A program made the translations under genes and the position numbers. The notes under the pieces were generated by a model that saw only the letters and a program-made list of their open reading frames with translations, had not been told where the DNA came from and did not search any database. 64,000 nucleotides of DNA from Bacteroidales bacterium UBA1402 (GTDB lineage Bacteria; Bacteroidota; Bacteroidia; Bacteroidales; UBA1402). Location: NCBI GenBank assembly GCA_002305085.1, contig DBQE01000006.1, positions 76,139-140,138 of the forward strand, read 5' to 3'. Position 1 is the stretch's first letter, and each line of letters opens with the position of its first letter. Of this stretch, positions 1 through 8,536 are shown piece by piece.

Positions 1-1
1 C

Positions 2-1981
2 GGAGCTCCCGGACCCAATGCTTTTGTACAATGCTGGTCGATCTCGCCGCATAGTTTTAGTGGTACTGTCGATGCTTTGTCGAGCGGGGTTTTGTTTGAT
101 ATTTGCGCTGTGCATGCCAATGCCTTGCGCTTTTCGAGGCCCGATCCGGCCAACGAAGGTTACAGCTACACCACCGCCAACTCCATGTTTTGGAATTCAA
201 CGGCAGCCATTATGTCCTGCCCCAAACCAGGCTCAGCACAAAATTGGGCTTTTGGGGCCTGGGCTCAGTTCTCCGGCAAAGGCTACTGGCACGAGGCGAA
301 CAGCCATGTTTCTCCCTGGAGTTTCTTTTACGCTCAACTTCGCGACAGAACCGGCAAAAGAAATCCCGGTGAAAATAAGTTGATTACTCTATCGCAGGGA
401 GGAACAAGCTCCAGAGAAGATGCCCGGCGTGAAACCCTGGCCGCCCGCAAGCCCCTGATATTGCTTTCCGACTGGATCGACACCTTGTGTCTGCGTGAGC
501 CCCTCAGTCTCAGTTACGATAACAAAGACAAGCAATTGAGCAAAGTCTGGCAGCAGGAACCCTACATGATCAAAAAGGCAGAAAAATCTCCGGCTCCGGC
601 TATGCCATTGAACGAAGGCGTGTTGATACGGGACGGAAAAATACTGACGGGAGGGCGCTTTAATCCCGCCTGGTGGAGAGGCAGTCTGCTGCCTAAAAAC
701 CAACAGGCTCCCCACCTGACGCGTTATGCTTTGGAGCCCGAAGGCTACCGAGTGGTCGACGATCTGGACGAAGTGTGCGCTAATATGCAAAAAAGCGGCA
801 TTTTGGTAATGGATCATAACTACGGATTATGGTACGACCGCCGCAGGGACGACCACGAACGAACCAGCCGGATAGACGGCGAAGTCAAAGCCCCCTTTTA
901 TGAATTACCTTTCGCCCGCAGCGGACAGGGCAGAGCTTGGGACGGACTGAGCAAATACGACCTGACCCAATGGAACGTATGGTATTGGAACCGTTTGAAA
1001 AAATACGCAGATTTGGCCGACGATAAAGGCCTGGTATTGTTCCATCAGCATTATTTCCAGCACAACATCATCGAAGCTGGTGCCCATTGGGCCGATTTCC
1101 CCTGGCGTTCGGCCAACAACGTAAACGAAACGGGTTTCCCCGAGCCGGTGCCTTACGCCGGAAACAAGAGAGTGTTTATGGCCGAACATTTTTACGATGT
1201 AACTCATCCGGTACGCAGAGAATTGCACCGAAACTACATCCGCAAATGCCTGGATAACTTTGCAGAGAATTCTTCGGTGCTGCATTTTATCAGCGCCGAG
1301 TTTACCGGTCCTTTGCATTTTGTGGAATTTTGGTTGGATGTTATTTCCGGCTGGGAAAAAGAAACCGGTCGCAACGCGCTGATAGCCCTAAGTACCACCA
1401 AGGAAGTGCAGGACGCTATTTTGAAGGACCCTGTACGTTCAAAATTGGTAGAAGTCGTTGATATCCGCTATTGGTATGTGGATGCAAACGGCAATGAGTT
1501 TGCTCCCCAGGGTGGTTTGAATCTTGCTCCACGCCAATTTGAACGTATGGAAAAACCGGCCAAAACCTCGGCCTTGGAGGTTTATAATATGGTAAGCAGC
1601 TATCGCCGGCAATATCCTCAAAAGGCTGTGGTCTATTCGGCCGATTCTTACCCGGAATTTGCCTGGGCAGCTTTTATGGCCGGCGCCTCTTTCTGCGCAT
1701 TACCCAAAGACCTGCCCGAAGATTTTCTGAAGGACGCAGCTTCGCTCAGCCCTCTTGCTGCTGCCTGTTGGCTATTGGCTAAGGCCGGGCAGGCTTATAT
1801 TGCCTATCCGTCGGACGATGCCCTTATAGAGGTAGATCTAAGTAAGGAAACCAAGCCCTTCCGGGCGCAATGGATAGACCCGGTCAGTGGCCGGCCGAGG
1901 GGTAAAGCTTTTCAGGTACGGGCCGGCACCGTATTCAAAACCACTGGTAAAGATGTTTTGTGGCTACGCCAAACAAACTAA
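2..1981 (+). CDS. DUF6298-like pectin-locus protein (5' truncated by window edge)
   Basis: The frame of ORF 77..1981 stays open back to position 2 (GAPGPNAFVQCWS...). The sequence (HNYGLWYDRRRDDH, FYELPFARSGQGRAWDGLSKYDL, ISAEFTGPLHFVEFWLD) resembles the large DUF6298 proteins of Bacteroidota pectin loci. It ends in a small beta domain (RAQWIDPVSG). Confidence 0.65.
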   Translation, partial: GAPGPNAFVQCWSISPHSFSGTVDALSSGVLFDICAVHANALRFSRPDPANEGYSYTTANSMFWNSTAAIMSCPKPGSAQNWAFGAWAQFSGKGYWHEANSHVSPWSFFYAQLRDRTGKRNPGENKLITLSQGGTSSREDARRETLAARKPLILLSDWIDTLCLREPLSLSYDNKDKQLSKVWQQEPYMIKKAEKSPAPAMPLNEGVLIRDGKILTGGRFNPAWWRGSLLPKNQQAPHLTRYALEPEGYRVVDDLDEVCANMQKSGILVMDHNYGLWYDRRRDDHERTSRIDGEVKAPFYELPFARSGQGRAWDGLSKYDLTQWNVWYWNRLKKYADLADDKGLVLFHQHYFQHNIIEAGAHWADFPWRSANNVNETGFPEPVPYAGNKRVFMAEHFYDVTHPVRRELHRNYIRKCLDNFAENSSVLHFISAEFTGPLHFVEFWLDVISGWEKETGRNALIALSTTKEVQDAILKDPVRSKLVEVVDIRYWYVDANGNEFAPQGGLNLAPRQFERMEKPAKTSALEVYNMVSSYRRQYPQKAVVYSADSYPEFAWAAFMAGASFCALPKDLPEDFLKDAASLSPLAAACWLLAKAGQAYIAYPSDDALIEVDLSKETKPFRAQWIDPVSGRPRGKAFQVRAGTVFKTTGKDVLWLRQTN

Positions 1982-2042
1982 AAGAATGTTTATTCTATAA
2001 AGCAAAATGTATTCTATTCAAATAACTCAAAAACAAGCTATT

Positions 2043-2987
2043 ATGAAAAAGTTTCTTGTTCCTTTTTTGACCGTTCTGTTGTTTACGGCTTGTACTCCCA
2101 AAGAGGTTTACATGTTCAGCTCATTCAACGAACCGGCTACCGACGGCCTGAGGCTCTTGTACAGTGAAGATGCTTATCACTGGGAAGACCTGGGCGGTAT
2201 CTTTTTAAAACCTGCAGTCGGGAATCAGCAGGTGATGCGTGATCCCTCTATTGTTAGGGCTCCCGACGGAACCTTTCATCTGGTATGGACCTCTTCCTGG
2301 AGGGGAGATTTGGGTTTCGGCTATGCTTCGTCCAAAGATTTGATCAACTGGTCGGAACAACGCTTCCTTCCGGTTATGGCTTTCGATACCACCACCGTAA
2401 ACGTGTGGGCTCCCGAAATTCATTACGACGAAACTCAGGCTCAGTTTATCATTATTTGGGCTTCTTGTATTCCTTACCGTTTCGAAAAGGGGATTGAGGA
2501 AGAAACCGGTAACTACCGTATGTATTACGTCACTACCAAAGATTTTCAGGAGTTTTCCGAAACCAAGTTGTTTTACGATCCCGGCTTCAGCGTGATTGAT
2601 GCTGTGATGGTTCCCAGAGCAAAAGACGATGTGGTGTTGGTTCTCAAAGACAATACCCGTCCGGAACGTAACCTGAAAGTGGCCTTCGGTTCTTCCATGA
2701 CCGGCCCCTTTGGCCCGGCTAGCGAGCCTTTTACCGAGATTTATACCGAAGGACCATCGGTGGTAAAAGTGGCGGAAGGCTGGTTGATCTATTTTGACGC
2801 TTATCGCAAGAAAACCTACGAAGCTGTGTTTACAAAAGACTTTGTACATTTCGAAAACGCGAACGATCAAATAAGTATTCCCGAAGGACACAAACACGGC
2901 ACTATTTTCAAAGCAGACCATAAAGTGCTGAAGGCTTTAAAAAAAGAAATGGAAAAACGCCGAGAAGTCGAATCGAATAACCAATAA
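2043..2987 (+). CDS. Glycoside hydrolase family 43 lipoprotein (probable alpha-L-arabinofuranosidase, BT1021/GH43_18-like)
   Basis: Lipoprotein signal MKKFLVPFLTVLLFTAC. Five-bladed propeller motifs MRDPSI, WAPE, VIDA and TEGPS. ATG 2043 preferred over 2007. Confidence 0.8.
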   Translation: MKKFLVPFLTVLLFTACTPKEVYMFSSFNEPATDGLRLLYSEDAYHWEDLGGIFLKPAVGNQQVMRDPSIVRAPDGTFHLVWTSSWRGDLGFGYASSKDLINWSEQRFLPVMAFDTTTVNVWAPEIHYDETQAQFIIIWASCIPYRFEKGIEEETGNYRMYYVTTKDFQEFSETKLFYDPGFSVIDAVMVPRAKDDVVLVLKDNTRPERNLKVAFGSSMTGPFGPASEPFTEIYTEGPSVVKVAEGWLIYFDAYRKKTYEAVFTKDFVHFENANDQISIPEGHKHGTIFKADHKVLKALKKEMEKRREVESNNQ

Positions 2988-4879
2988 TGTCCTCAACAAT
3001 GAAATATTCTGCTATAAGCACTTTGTTGCTCTTGTTTGTTTTGACGGTATCCTGTTCGCAAACTGCTTCCAAATCCGGCCCTTTGGCAGACAGGGTGCAT
3101 TATACCGGAACAAGCATGTCCAATGTGGACTATCACCACGGACAACTGCCTCCGGCCATAGGTGTGCACAATGTTCAGATAATGCGTGCCAACCGGGGCA
3201 AGCCCGAAAGTTCGGACGGTTACGGTTGGACGTACAACCACGCTCCCATGATGGCCTATTGGAGCAATACTTTTTTTGTGGAATACCTCAGCGATTCCGT
3301 CAGCGAGCATATTCCTCCCTGTCATACCCTATTGGTCCGCTCTTCGGACGGTGTAAACTGGTCAAAACCCGAAGTAATTTTTCCCAAGTATAAAATTCCC
3401 GACGGTTTTAAAAAGCCGGGCAGTGAGGTTGTAGCCAAAGACGCCCTGGCCGTGATGCATCAGCGGGTGGGCTTTTATGTTTCCTCACACAATAAACTTC
3501 TCGCATTGGCTTATTACGGAATAGCTCTTTTCCCCAAGGACGATCCCAACGATGGTATGGGAGTAGGCCGGGTAGTACGCGAAATAAAAGCCGACGGCAC
3601 CTACGGGCCCATTTATTTTTTGCGTTACAATCAATCTTTCGACGAAGAGAACAGCCTTTATCCTTTTTATAAAAGTTGTCCTGAAGCCGATTTTGTGGCG
3701 GCTTGCGATGAAATACTGGCCAATCCTCTGTATATGATGCAAATGGTGGAAGAAGCCGATCGCAACGACCCGCTTATTCCGCTCCAAAAACAATACAAAG
3801 CCTTCTCGTATTATCATCTGCCCGATGGCCGGGTGGTAGGTTTATGGAAACATGCGCTTACTTCCATTAGTGCAGACGGGGGAAAAACTTGGGCCGAACC
3901 GGTAGAACGAGCCGGGGGTTTTGTCAACAGCAATGCCAAGATATGGGGACAACGCACTTCGGACGGCAAATACGCCACTGTTTACAATCCCTCGGAATAT
4001 CGTTGGCCTTTGGCCGTTTCCACCTCCAAAGACGGACTGGAATACACCGATCTGATGCTGGTGCACGGCGAAATAACGGCTATGCGCTACGGAGGACAGT
4101 ATAAATCTTACGGCCCTCAGTATGTACGGGGCATTCAAGAGGGCAACGGCACTCCTCCCGACGGAAAAATGTGGCTGACCTACAGTATGAACAAAGAAGA
4201 TATTTGGGTATCCTCGGTACCTGTACCGATTTGTAGTAAGGCCGCTAAACATACCAGAGAGGTCTTTGACGAAATGCCCGACGGTTGTGAAACAGCTTTG
4301 TGGAATACCTACGACCTGCAATGGGCAAGCACCCGCATTGAAAAAGATGAAGCAGGTCGTAAAAGTCTCACTCTCCGCGATAAAGATCCTTTTGATTACG
4401 CTAAAGCCGAAAAGATATTTCCGGCTTCCGCACAATTTACGGTGACCGCCGAAATCAAAGCCGGACAAAACGATCACGGAACTTTGCATATGGAAGTGCA
4501 GGATGCCAAAGGACAGCCATCCATACGCATCAGTTTCAACGACGACGGCAGAATGTACAGTAAATCCGGAGCCCGCTATTCCAGCTTGGGCAGCTACGAA
4601 GCCGGTAAGAGCTACACAATTAAACTGAATATCGACACAAAAATGCGTTACTATACCGTGCAAATCAATTCCGGCCGCGAAGTAGGGCGTATTTTTTATG
4701 CACCTGCAGCCAGCCTCGAAAGGGTAGTATTCAGAACAGGAGAACCACGTCTGCATCCTACACCCGAAACTCCGGCCGACCGATACACCGACCTGCCGGC
4801 TGCAGACACTGCCGATCCCGAGGCCTGTTTCCGTATTTACTCACTGGAAACGGCTCACGCTACCGGTAATAATCAATAA
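2987..4879 (+). CDS. GH143-like Dha (3-deoxy-D-lyxo-heptulosaric acid) hydrolase, homologous to the BT1020 N-terminal module
   Basis: Lipoprotein signal (LTVSC). Motifs YHHGQL, GVHNVQIMRANR and GWTYNHAPM. Asp-box repeats SSDGVNW, SADGGKTW and SKDGLEY. C-terminal beta-sandwich. Adjacent to a GH142-like gene. Confidence 0.7.
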   Translation: MSSTMKYSAISTLLLLFVLTVSCSQTASKSGPLADRVHYTGTSMSNVDYHHGQLPPAIGVHNVQIMRANRGKPESSDGYGWTYNHAPMMAYWSNTFFVEYLSDSVSEHIPPCHTLLVRSSDGVNWSKPEVIFPKYKIPDGFKKPGSEVVAKDALAVMHQRVGFYVSSHNKLLALAYYGIALFPKDDPNDGMGVGRVVREIKADGTYGPIYFLRYNQSFDEENSLYPFYKSCPEADFVAACDEILANPLYMMQMVEEADRNDPLIPLQKQYKAFSYYHLPDGRVVGLWKHALTSISADGGKTWAEPVERAGGFVNSNAKIWGQRTSDGKYATVYNPSEYRWPLAVSTSKDGLEYTDLMLVHGEITAMRYGGQYKSYGPQYVRGIQEGNGTPPDGKMWLTYSMNKEDIWVSSVPVPICSKAAKHTREVFDEMPDGCETALWNTYDLQWASTRIEKDEAGRKSLTLRDKDPFDYAKAEKIFPASAQFTVTAEIKAGQNDHGTLHMEVQDAKGQPSIRISFNDDGRMYSKSGARYSSLGSYEAGKSYTIKLNIDTKMRYYTVQINSGREVGRIFYAPAASLERVVFRTGEPRLHPTPETPADRYTDLPAADTADPEACFRIYSLETAHATGNNQ

Positions 4880-4892
4880 TGAATATATTTTT

Positions 4893-6461
4893 ATGAAAAA
4901 ACAATTAGTCGCCTCACTGTTAATCGGTTTTACGGTCATTTCCTTTGCCTCCTGTCAGGCGAAAATAAAAACACCCAAATCGGCCAATATTCTCAAAGCC
5001 AAAGATTTTAAACACTACGTTGATTATTTTAACCGCATGGAAGATGAGCCCATCGTTCAAGCTATACCTAATGCGGAGTCCTGGGACTGGATGCAGGCCA
5101 ATATCCCTTTGTTCAGTTGTCCTCAGGACAATTTCGAGGAAATGTGGTACTTCCGTTGGTGGTCGTTGCGTAAGGGTATTCGCGAAACCCCGCTGGGTTT
5201 TGTTATCAACGAATTTTTGGTGGAACGTTCCTATGCCGACCAATACAATATGATTTCCTGTGCGCTGGGACATCATATTTATGAAACCCGCTGGCTGCAC
5301 GATTCCAAATACCTCGATCAGTATTTGCATGTGTGGTTCAGAGGCAACGAAGGGGCTCCCATGAAAAGATTGCGCAGTTTCAGTTCGTGGACTGCCTATG
5401 CCGTGTACAACAGGTATCTTGCCGACGGTAACAAAGAGTATATGCTCGATTTGTTGCCCGACCTGGAAAAGGAATACCGAGACTGGGAAGGCGATCACCG
5501 TTTGCCCGACGGCATGTACTGGCAGGGCGATGTGCAGGATGGCATGGAAGAGTCCGTCAGCGGGGGACGACGCATCAAGAATGCCCGTCCCACCATTAAT
5601 AGTTATATGTACGGAAACGCGCTAGCTTTGTCAAAAATGTTCAGCCTAAGCGGAGAGACGGCCAAAGCTGCCCTTTTTGCAGCCAAAGCCGATACCATAA
5701 AAAAAATGGTACAAGACAACTTATGGCATCCCGAAAGGAAATTTTTTGAAACACGTTGGGTAAACGGCCAACTGGCGCAAGCTCGCGAAGCCATCGGTTA
5801 TATTCCTTGGTATTTTAATTTGCCCGACCTAGGGAAAAATTACGAAGAAGCCTGGTTGCAGGTCAAAGATCCGGAGGGCTTTTTAGCTCCTTACGGTCTG
5901 ACTACCGCCGAAAGACGGCATCCTGAATTCCGCACTCGCGGAGTGGGTCAATGCGAATGGGATGGGGCGGTTTGGCCTTTTGCCAGCTCGCAGACAATGA
6001 CGGCTATGGCCAATGTGCTCAACAATTATGAGCAAAATTACGTGGACAAAGCCACCTACTATGAATTGATGAATCTGTATGTGGAATCTCAGTACCATAG
6101 AGGCCGGCCCTATATAGGCGAATACCTGGACGAAGTTACAGGCTATTGGTTGAAGGGCGATCAATTGCGCAGCCGCTATTACAATCATTCCACTTTTGCC
6201 GATCTGATCATTACGGGCTTGATGGGATTACGTCCGGGAGAAGACAATATATTGGTGGTTAATCCGCTGATTCCACAGGAACAATGGGATTGGTTTTGTT
6301 TGGATAATTTGATGTACCATGGGAAGAATATAGCCGTCGTGTGGGATAAATCCGGAAAGAAATTCAATAAAGGCCAAGGTTTACTTATCTTTTGCAATGG
6401 TAAAAAAGTAGCTCAAAAACCAACTATTGAAAAAATCACTGTTGATATTTCACCGTACTGA
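4893..6461 (+). CDS. GH142-like (alpha/alpha)6 glycosidase (beta-L-arabinofuranosidase, homologous to the BT1020 C-terminal module)
   Basis: Lipoprotein signal (SFASC). Motifs YVDYFNRMEDE, EEMWYFRWW, DGMEES, RPTINSYMYGNA, CEWDGAVWPF and RSRYYNHSTF, typical of an MGH1-like six-hairpin glycosidase. Confidence 0.7.
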   Translation: MKKQLVASLLIGFTVISFASCQAKIKTPKSANILKAKDFKHYVDYFNRMEDEPIVQAIPNAESWDWMQANIPLFSCPQDNFEEMWYFRWWSLRKGIRETPLGFVINEFLVERSYADQYNMISCALGHHIYETRWLHDSKYLDQYLHVWFRGNEGAPMKRLRSFSSWTAYAVYNRYLADGNKEYMLDLLPDLEKEYRDWEGDHRLPDGMYWQGDVQDGMEESVSGGRRIKNARPTINSYMYGNALALSKMFSLSGETAKAALFAAKADTIKKMVQDNLWHPERKFFETRWVNGQLAQAREAIGYIPWYFNLPDLGKNYEEAWLQVKDPEGFLAPYGLTTAERRHPEFRTRGVGQCEWDGAVWPFASSQTMTAMANVLNNYEQNYVDKATYYELMNLYVESQYHRGRPYIGEYLDEVTGYWLKGDQLRSRYYNHSTFADLIITGLMGLRPGEDNILVVNPLIPQEQWDWFCLDNLMYHGKNIAVVWDKSGKKFNKGQGLLIFCNGKKVAQKPTIEKITVDISPY

Positions 6462-6480
6462 GCTAAACCACCCGGACAAT

Positions 6481-6511
6481 TTTGTGTTAAAACGGTTTAG
6501 TATTACATTTG
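6481..6511 (+). promoter_or_regulatory. Bacteroidota sigma-A promoter with a LacI-type operator in the spacer
   Basis: TTTG at 6481-6484 and TACATTTG at 6504-6511 with a 19-bp spacer match the -33/-7 (TAnnTTTG) consensus. The spacer holds the pseudo-palindrome TAAAACGGTTTA (6488-6499) centred on CG. Confidence 0.7.
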
Positions 6512-6531
6512 TCGGCTTAACACTATATATT

Positions 6532-7557
6532 ATGGCGTTTAAGAAAAAAGTATCTCTGAAAGACATTGCGCAAGCCGTTGGAGTGTCGTCGGCTTTGGTA
6601 TCGATGGTGCTCAACGGCAAGGCAAAACAATATGGAATCGGTGAGGAGGCCACTCGTAAAGTGTTGGCCAAGGCCAAGGAGTTAAACTATCAACCCAATA
6701 TCATGGCCAGAGGTCTTAGGAGCGGTAGAAGTCGTCTCCTTGGCTTGGTGGTGGCCGATATCTCCAATCCTTTTTTTGCTACTCTTGCCCGTGAAATAGA
6801 ACGTGCTGCCTCCGAAAGAGGCTACACGGTCATTTACGGCAGTTCCGATGAAAAGCCCGAACATCTGTCGAAGCTTATGAATACTTTGGCCAATCAGGGA
6901 GTGGATGGAATTATTGTGGTTCCCTGTGAAAATTCAGAAGAACTCATTGCCGATTTATACCTCCAAAAGTATGCCATGGTTTTGGTCGACAGGTATTTCC
7001 CCAAAATAAACACTTTATCGGTGTCGCTCGATAATGCCGAAGCATGCAAAAATGTTACCCGGCACCTCTTGTCGCAGAGTTACAAGAAAATCGGTTTTGT
7101 AAGTTATGAATCGGAACTCCTGCATATGACGGAACGCGTAAGAGGTTACTGCGAGGCTATGCAGGAAGCGGGCCTGAAGAATAGTATTAACGTACTCAAA
7201 TTGCCTCAGGATAAGTATCAAGAAACAATGCTGCAGGTTTTTGAACAGCATCAAATCAAAAACCTTGAGGCCTTGATTTTTTCGAATAATTCGCTTACCA
7301 TTCAGGGTTTGTATGTGCTCAAACAACTAAAGGTACGTATCCCCGAAGACCTGGCTGTGTTTGGTTTTGACGGAGGAGACGTGTTTGATCTTTATTGTCC
7401 GGCCATTAGTTACGTAAGACAACCGGTCGAAGAAATGGGCAGGAAAGCCGTAACTGTTTTAATCGATCAGCTCGAATCTGAGAAACCTGAGGAAATAAAA
7501 AGATACGTATTGAAATCCGACTTGGTCATTGCCGAATCTTCTTTAAAAAAGAAATAG
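6532..7557 (+). CDS. LacI/GalR family transcriptional regulator
   Basis: HTH SLKDIAQAVGVSSALVSMVLNG, hinge YQPNIMARGLR, and periplasmic-binding-type effector domain (RIPEDLAVFGFD). ATG 6532 lies just downstream of the promoter. Confidence 0.95.
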   Translation: MAFKKKVSLKDIAQAVGVSSALVSMVLNGKAKQYGIGEEATRKVLAKAKELNYQPNIMARGLRSGRSRLLGLVVADISNPFFATLAREIERAASERGYTVIYGSSDEKPEHLSKLMNTLANQGVDGIIVVPCENSEELIADLYLQKYAMVLVDRYFPKINTLSVSLDNAEACKNVTRHLLSQSYKKIGFVSYESELLHMTERVRGYCEAMQEAGLKNSINVLKLPQDKYQETMLQVFEQHQIKNLEALIFSNNSLTIQGLYVLKQLKVRIPEDLAVFGFDGGDVFDLYCPAISYVRQPVEEMGRKAVTVLIDQLESEKPEEIKRYVLKSDLVIAESSLKKK

Positions 7558-7633
7558 ATGAATCAAGAAGAATACAAGAGGTCCGTTAATCATCAGAAAT
7601 ATTGAACCCTAAACCATTAATAATCTAAAACGA

Positions 7634-8536
7634 ATGACCAAGAATTTTTCCGGAGTGGTGGTACCTATGATCACTCCTTTGCTGAATGACCTAAGAGTGG
7701 ATACTGCCGCAGTTAAGCGTATTATGAAGCTTTTTTCGGCCCATTCCATATCTCCGCTGGTATTGGGCACAACGGGTGAATCTTCTTCCGTTTCGAGGAA
7801 GGAAAGTTTGCGCTGCATACGCGCAGCCTGCAGAGCAAAAAGCGGAACCCAAAAAGTCTATGCCGGATTGGTAGGCAATGAAGTGGGCGAATTGTTGGAT
7901 CGCGGCAAAATGTATGCCGATATGGGTGTTGATGCCGTTGTTTCTACCTTGCCGTCGTATTACCCGCTTTCGGCAGATCAAATGCGTTCTTTTTACCTGA
8001 CCTTGGCCGATTCTTTATCCGTGCCGGTTCTCATGTACAATATCAAGGCAACAACCCAAATGTCGCTTTCCCTCGATTTGGTAGCCGAATTGAGCCAGCA
8101 TCCCAATATTGCCGGATTGAAAGATTCCGAAAGGGATCCCGCACGTTTGAACGAATGCATACAGAAGTATAAAAATCGTTCCGATTTTTCCTTTTTCTGC
8201 GGCTGGGGTGCGCAAGGAGCGAATAGTTTGATACTCGGAGCCGACGGTATCGTCCCCAGCACAGGCAATGTGGTTCCGGAAATGTATTATAAATTATATA
8301 AAGCAGTGCTTGCCGGCGATACCGCTGCCGCTTTGCATTATCAGCAACAGACCGATCGTGTGGCGGAATTGTATCAAAAAGGCCGTAATCTGGGCAGTTC
8401 CCTGGCGGCATTAAAAGTGCTGATGAAAGCCAGGGGCTTGTGTGGCACCACTATGATGCCTCCCCTGACTGCTTTGTCTGCCGCAGAAGAAAAATCAATA
8501 ACAGAACAATTCAATAAATTAGAGAGAAATGAATAG
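7634..8536 (+). CDS. DapA/NanA-family class I pyruvate aldolase (candidate Dha aldolase)
   Basis: GTTGE pyruvate-binding motif, catalytic Tyr (MYNI) and Schiff-base Lys (GLKDS). No signal peptide. Confidence 0.85.
   Translation: MTKNFSGVVVPMITPLLNDLRVDTAAVKRIMKLFSAHSISPLVLGTTGESSSVSRKESLRCIRAACRAKSGTQKVYAGLVGNEVGELLDRGKMYADMGVDAVVSTLPSYYPLSADQMRSFYLTLADSLSVPVLMYNIKATTQMSLSLDLVAELSQHPNIAGLKDSERDPARLNECIQKYKNRSDFSFFCGWGAQGANSLILGADGIVPSTGNVVPEMYYKLYKAVLAGDTAAALHYQQQTDRVAELYQKGRNLGSSLAALKVLMKARGLCGTTMMPPLTALSAAEEKSITEQFNKLERNE

Noticed and set aside
7634-8536. Calling this gene dapA (lysine biosynthesis) or nanA
   Set aside because: Family motifs are present, but the context is a sugar-acid catabolic cassette with no dap or nanE/nanK genes.
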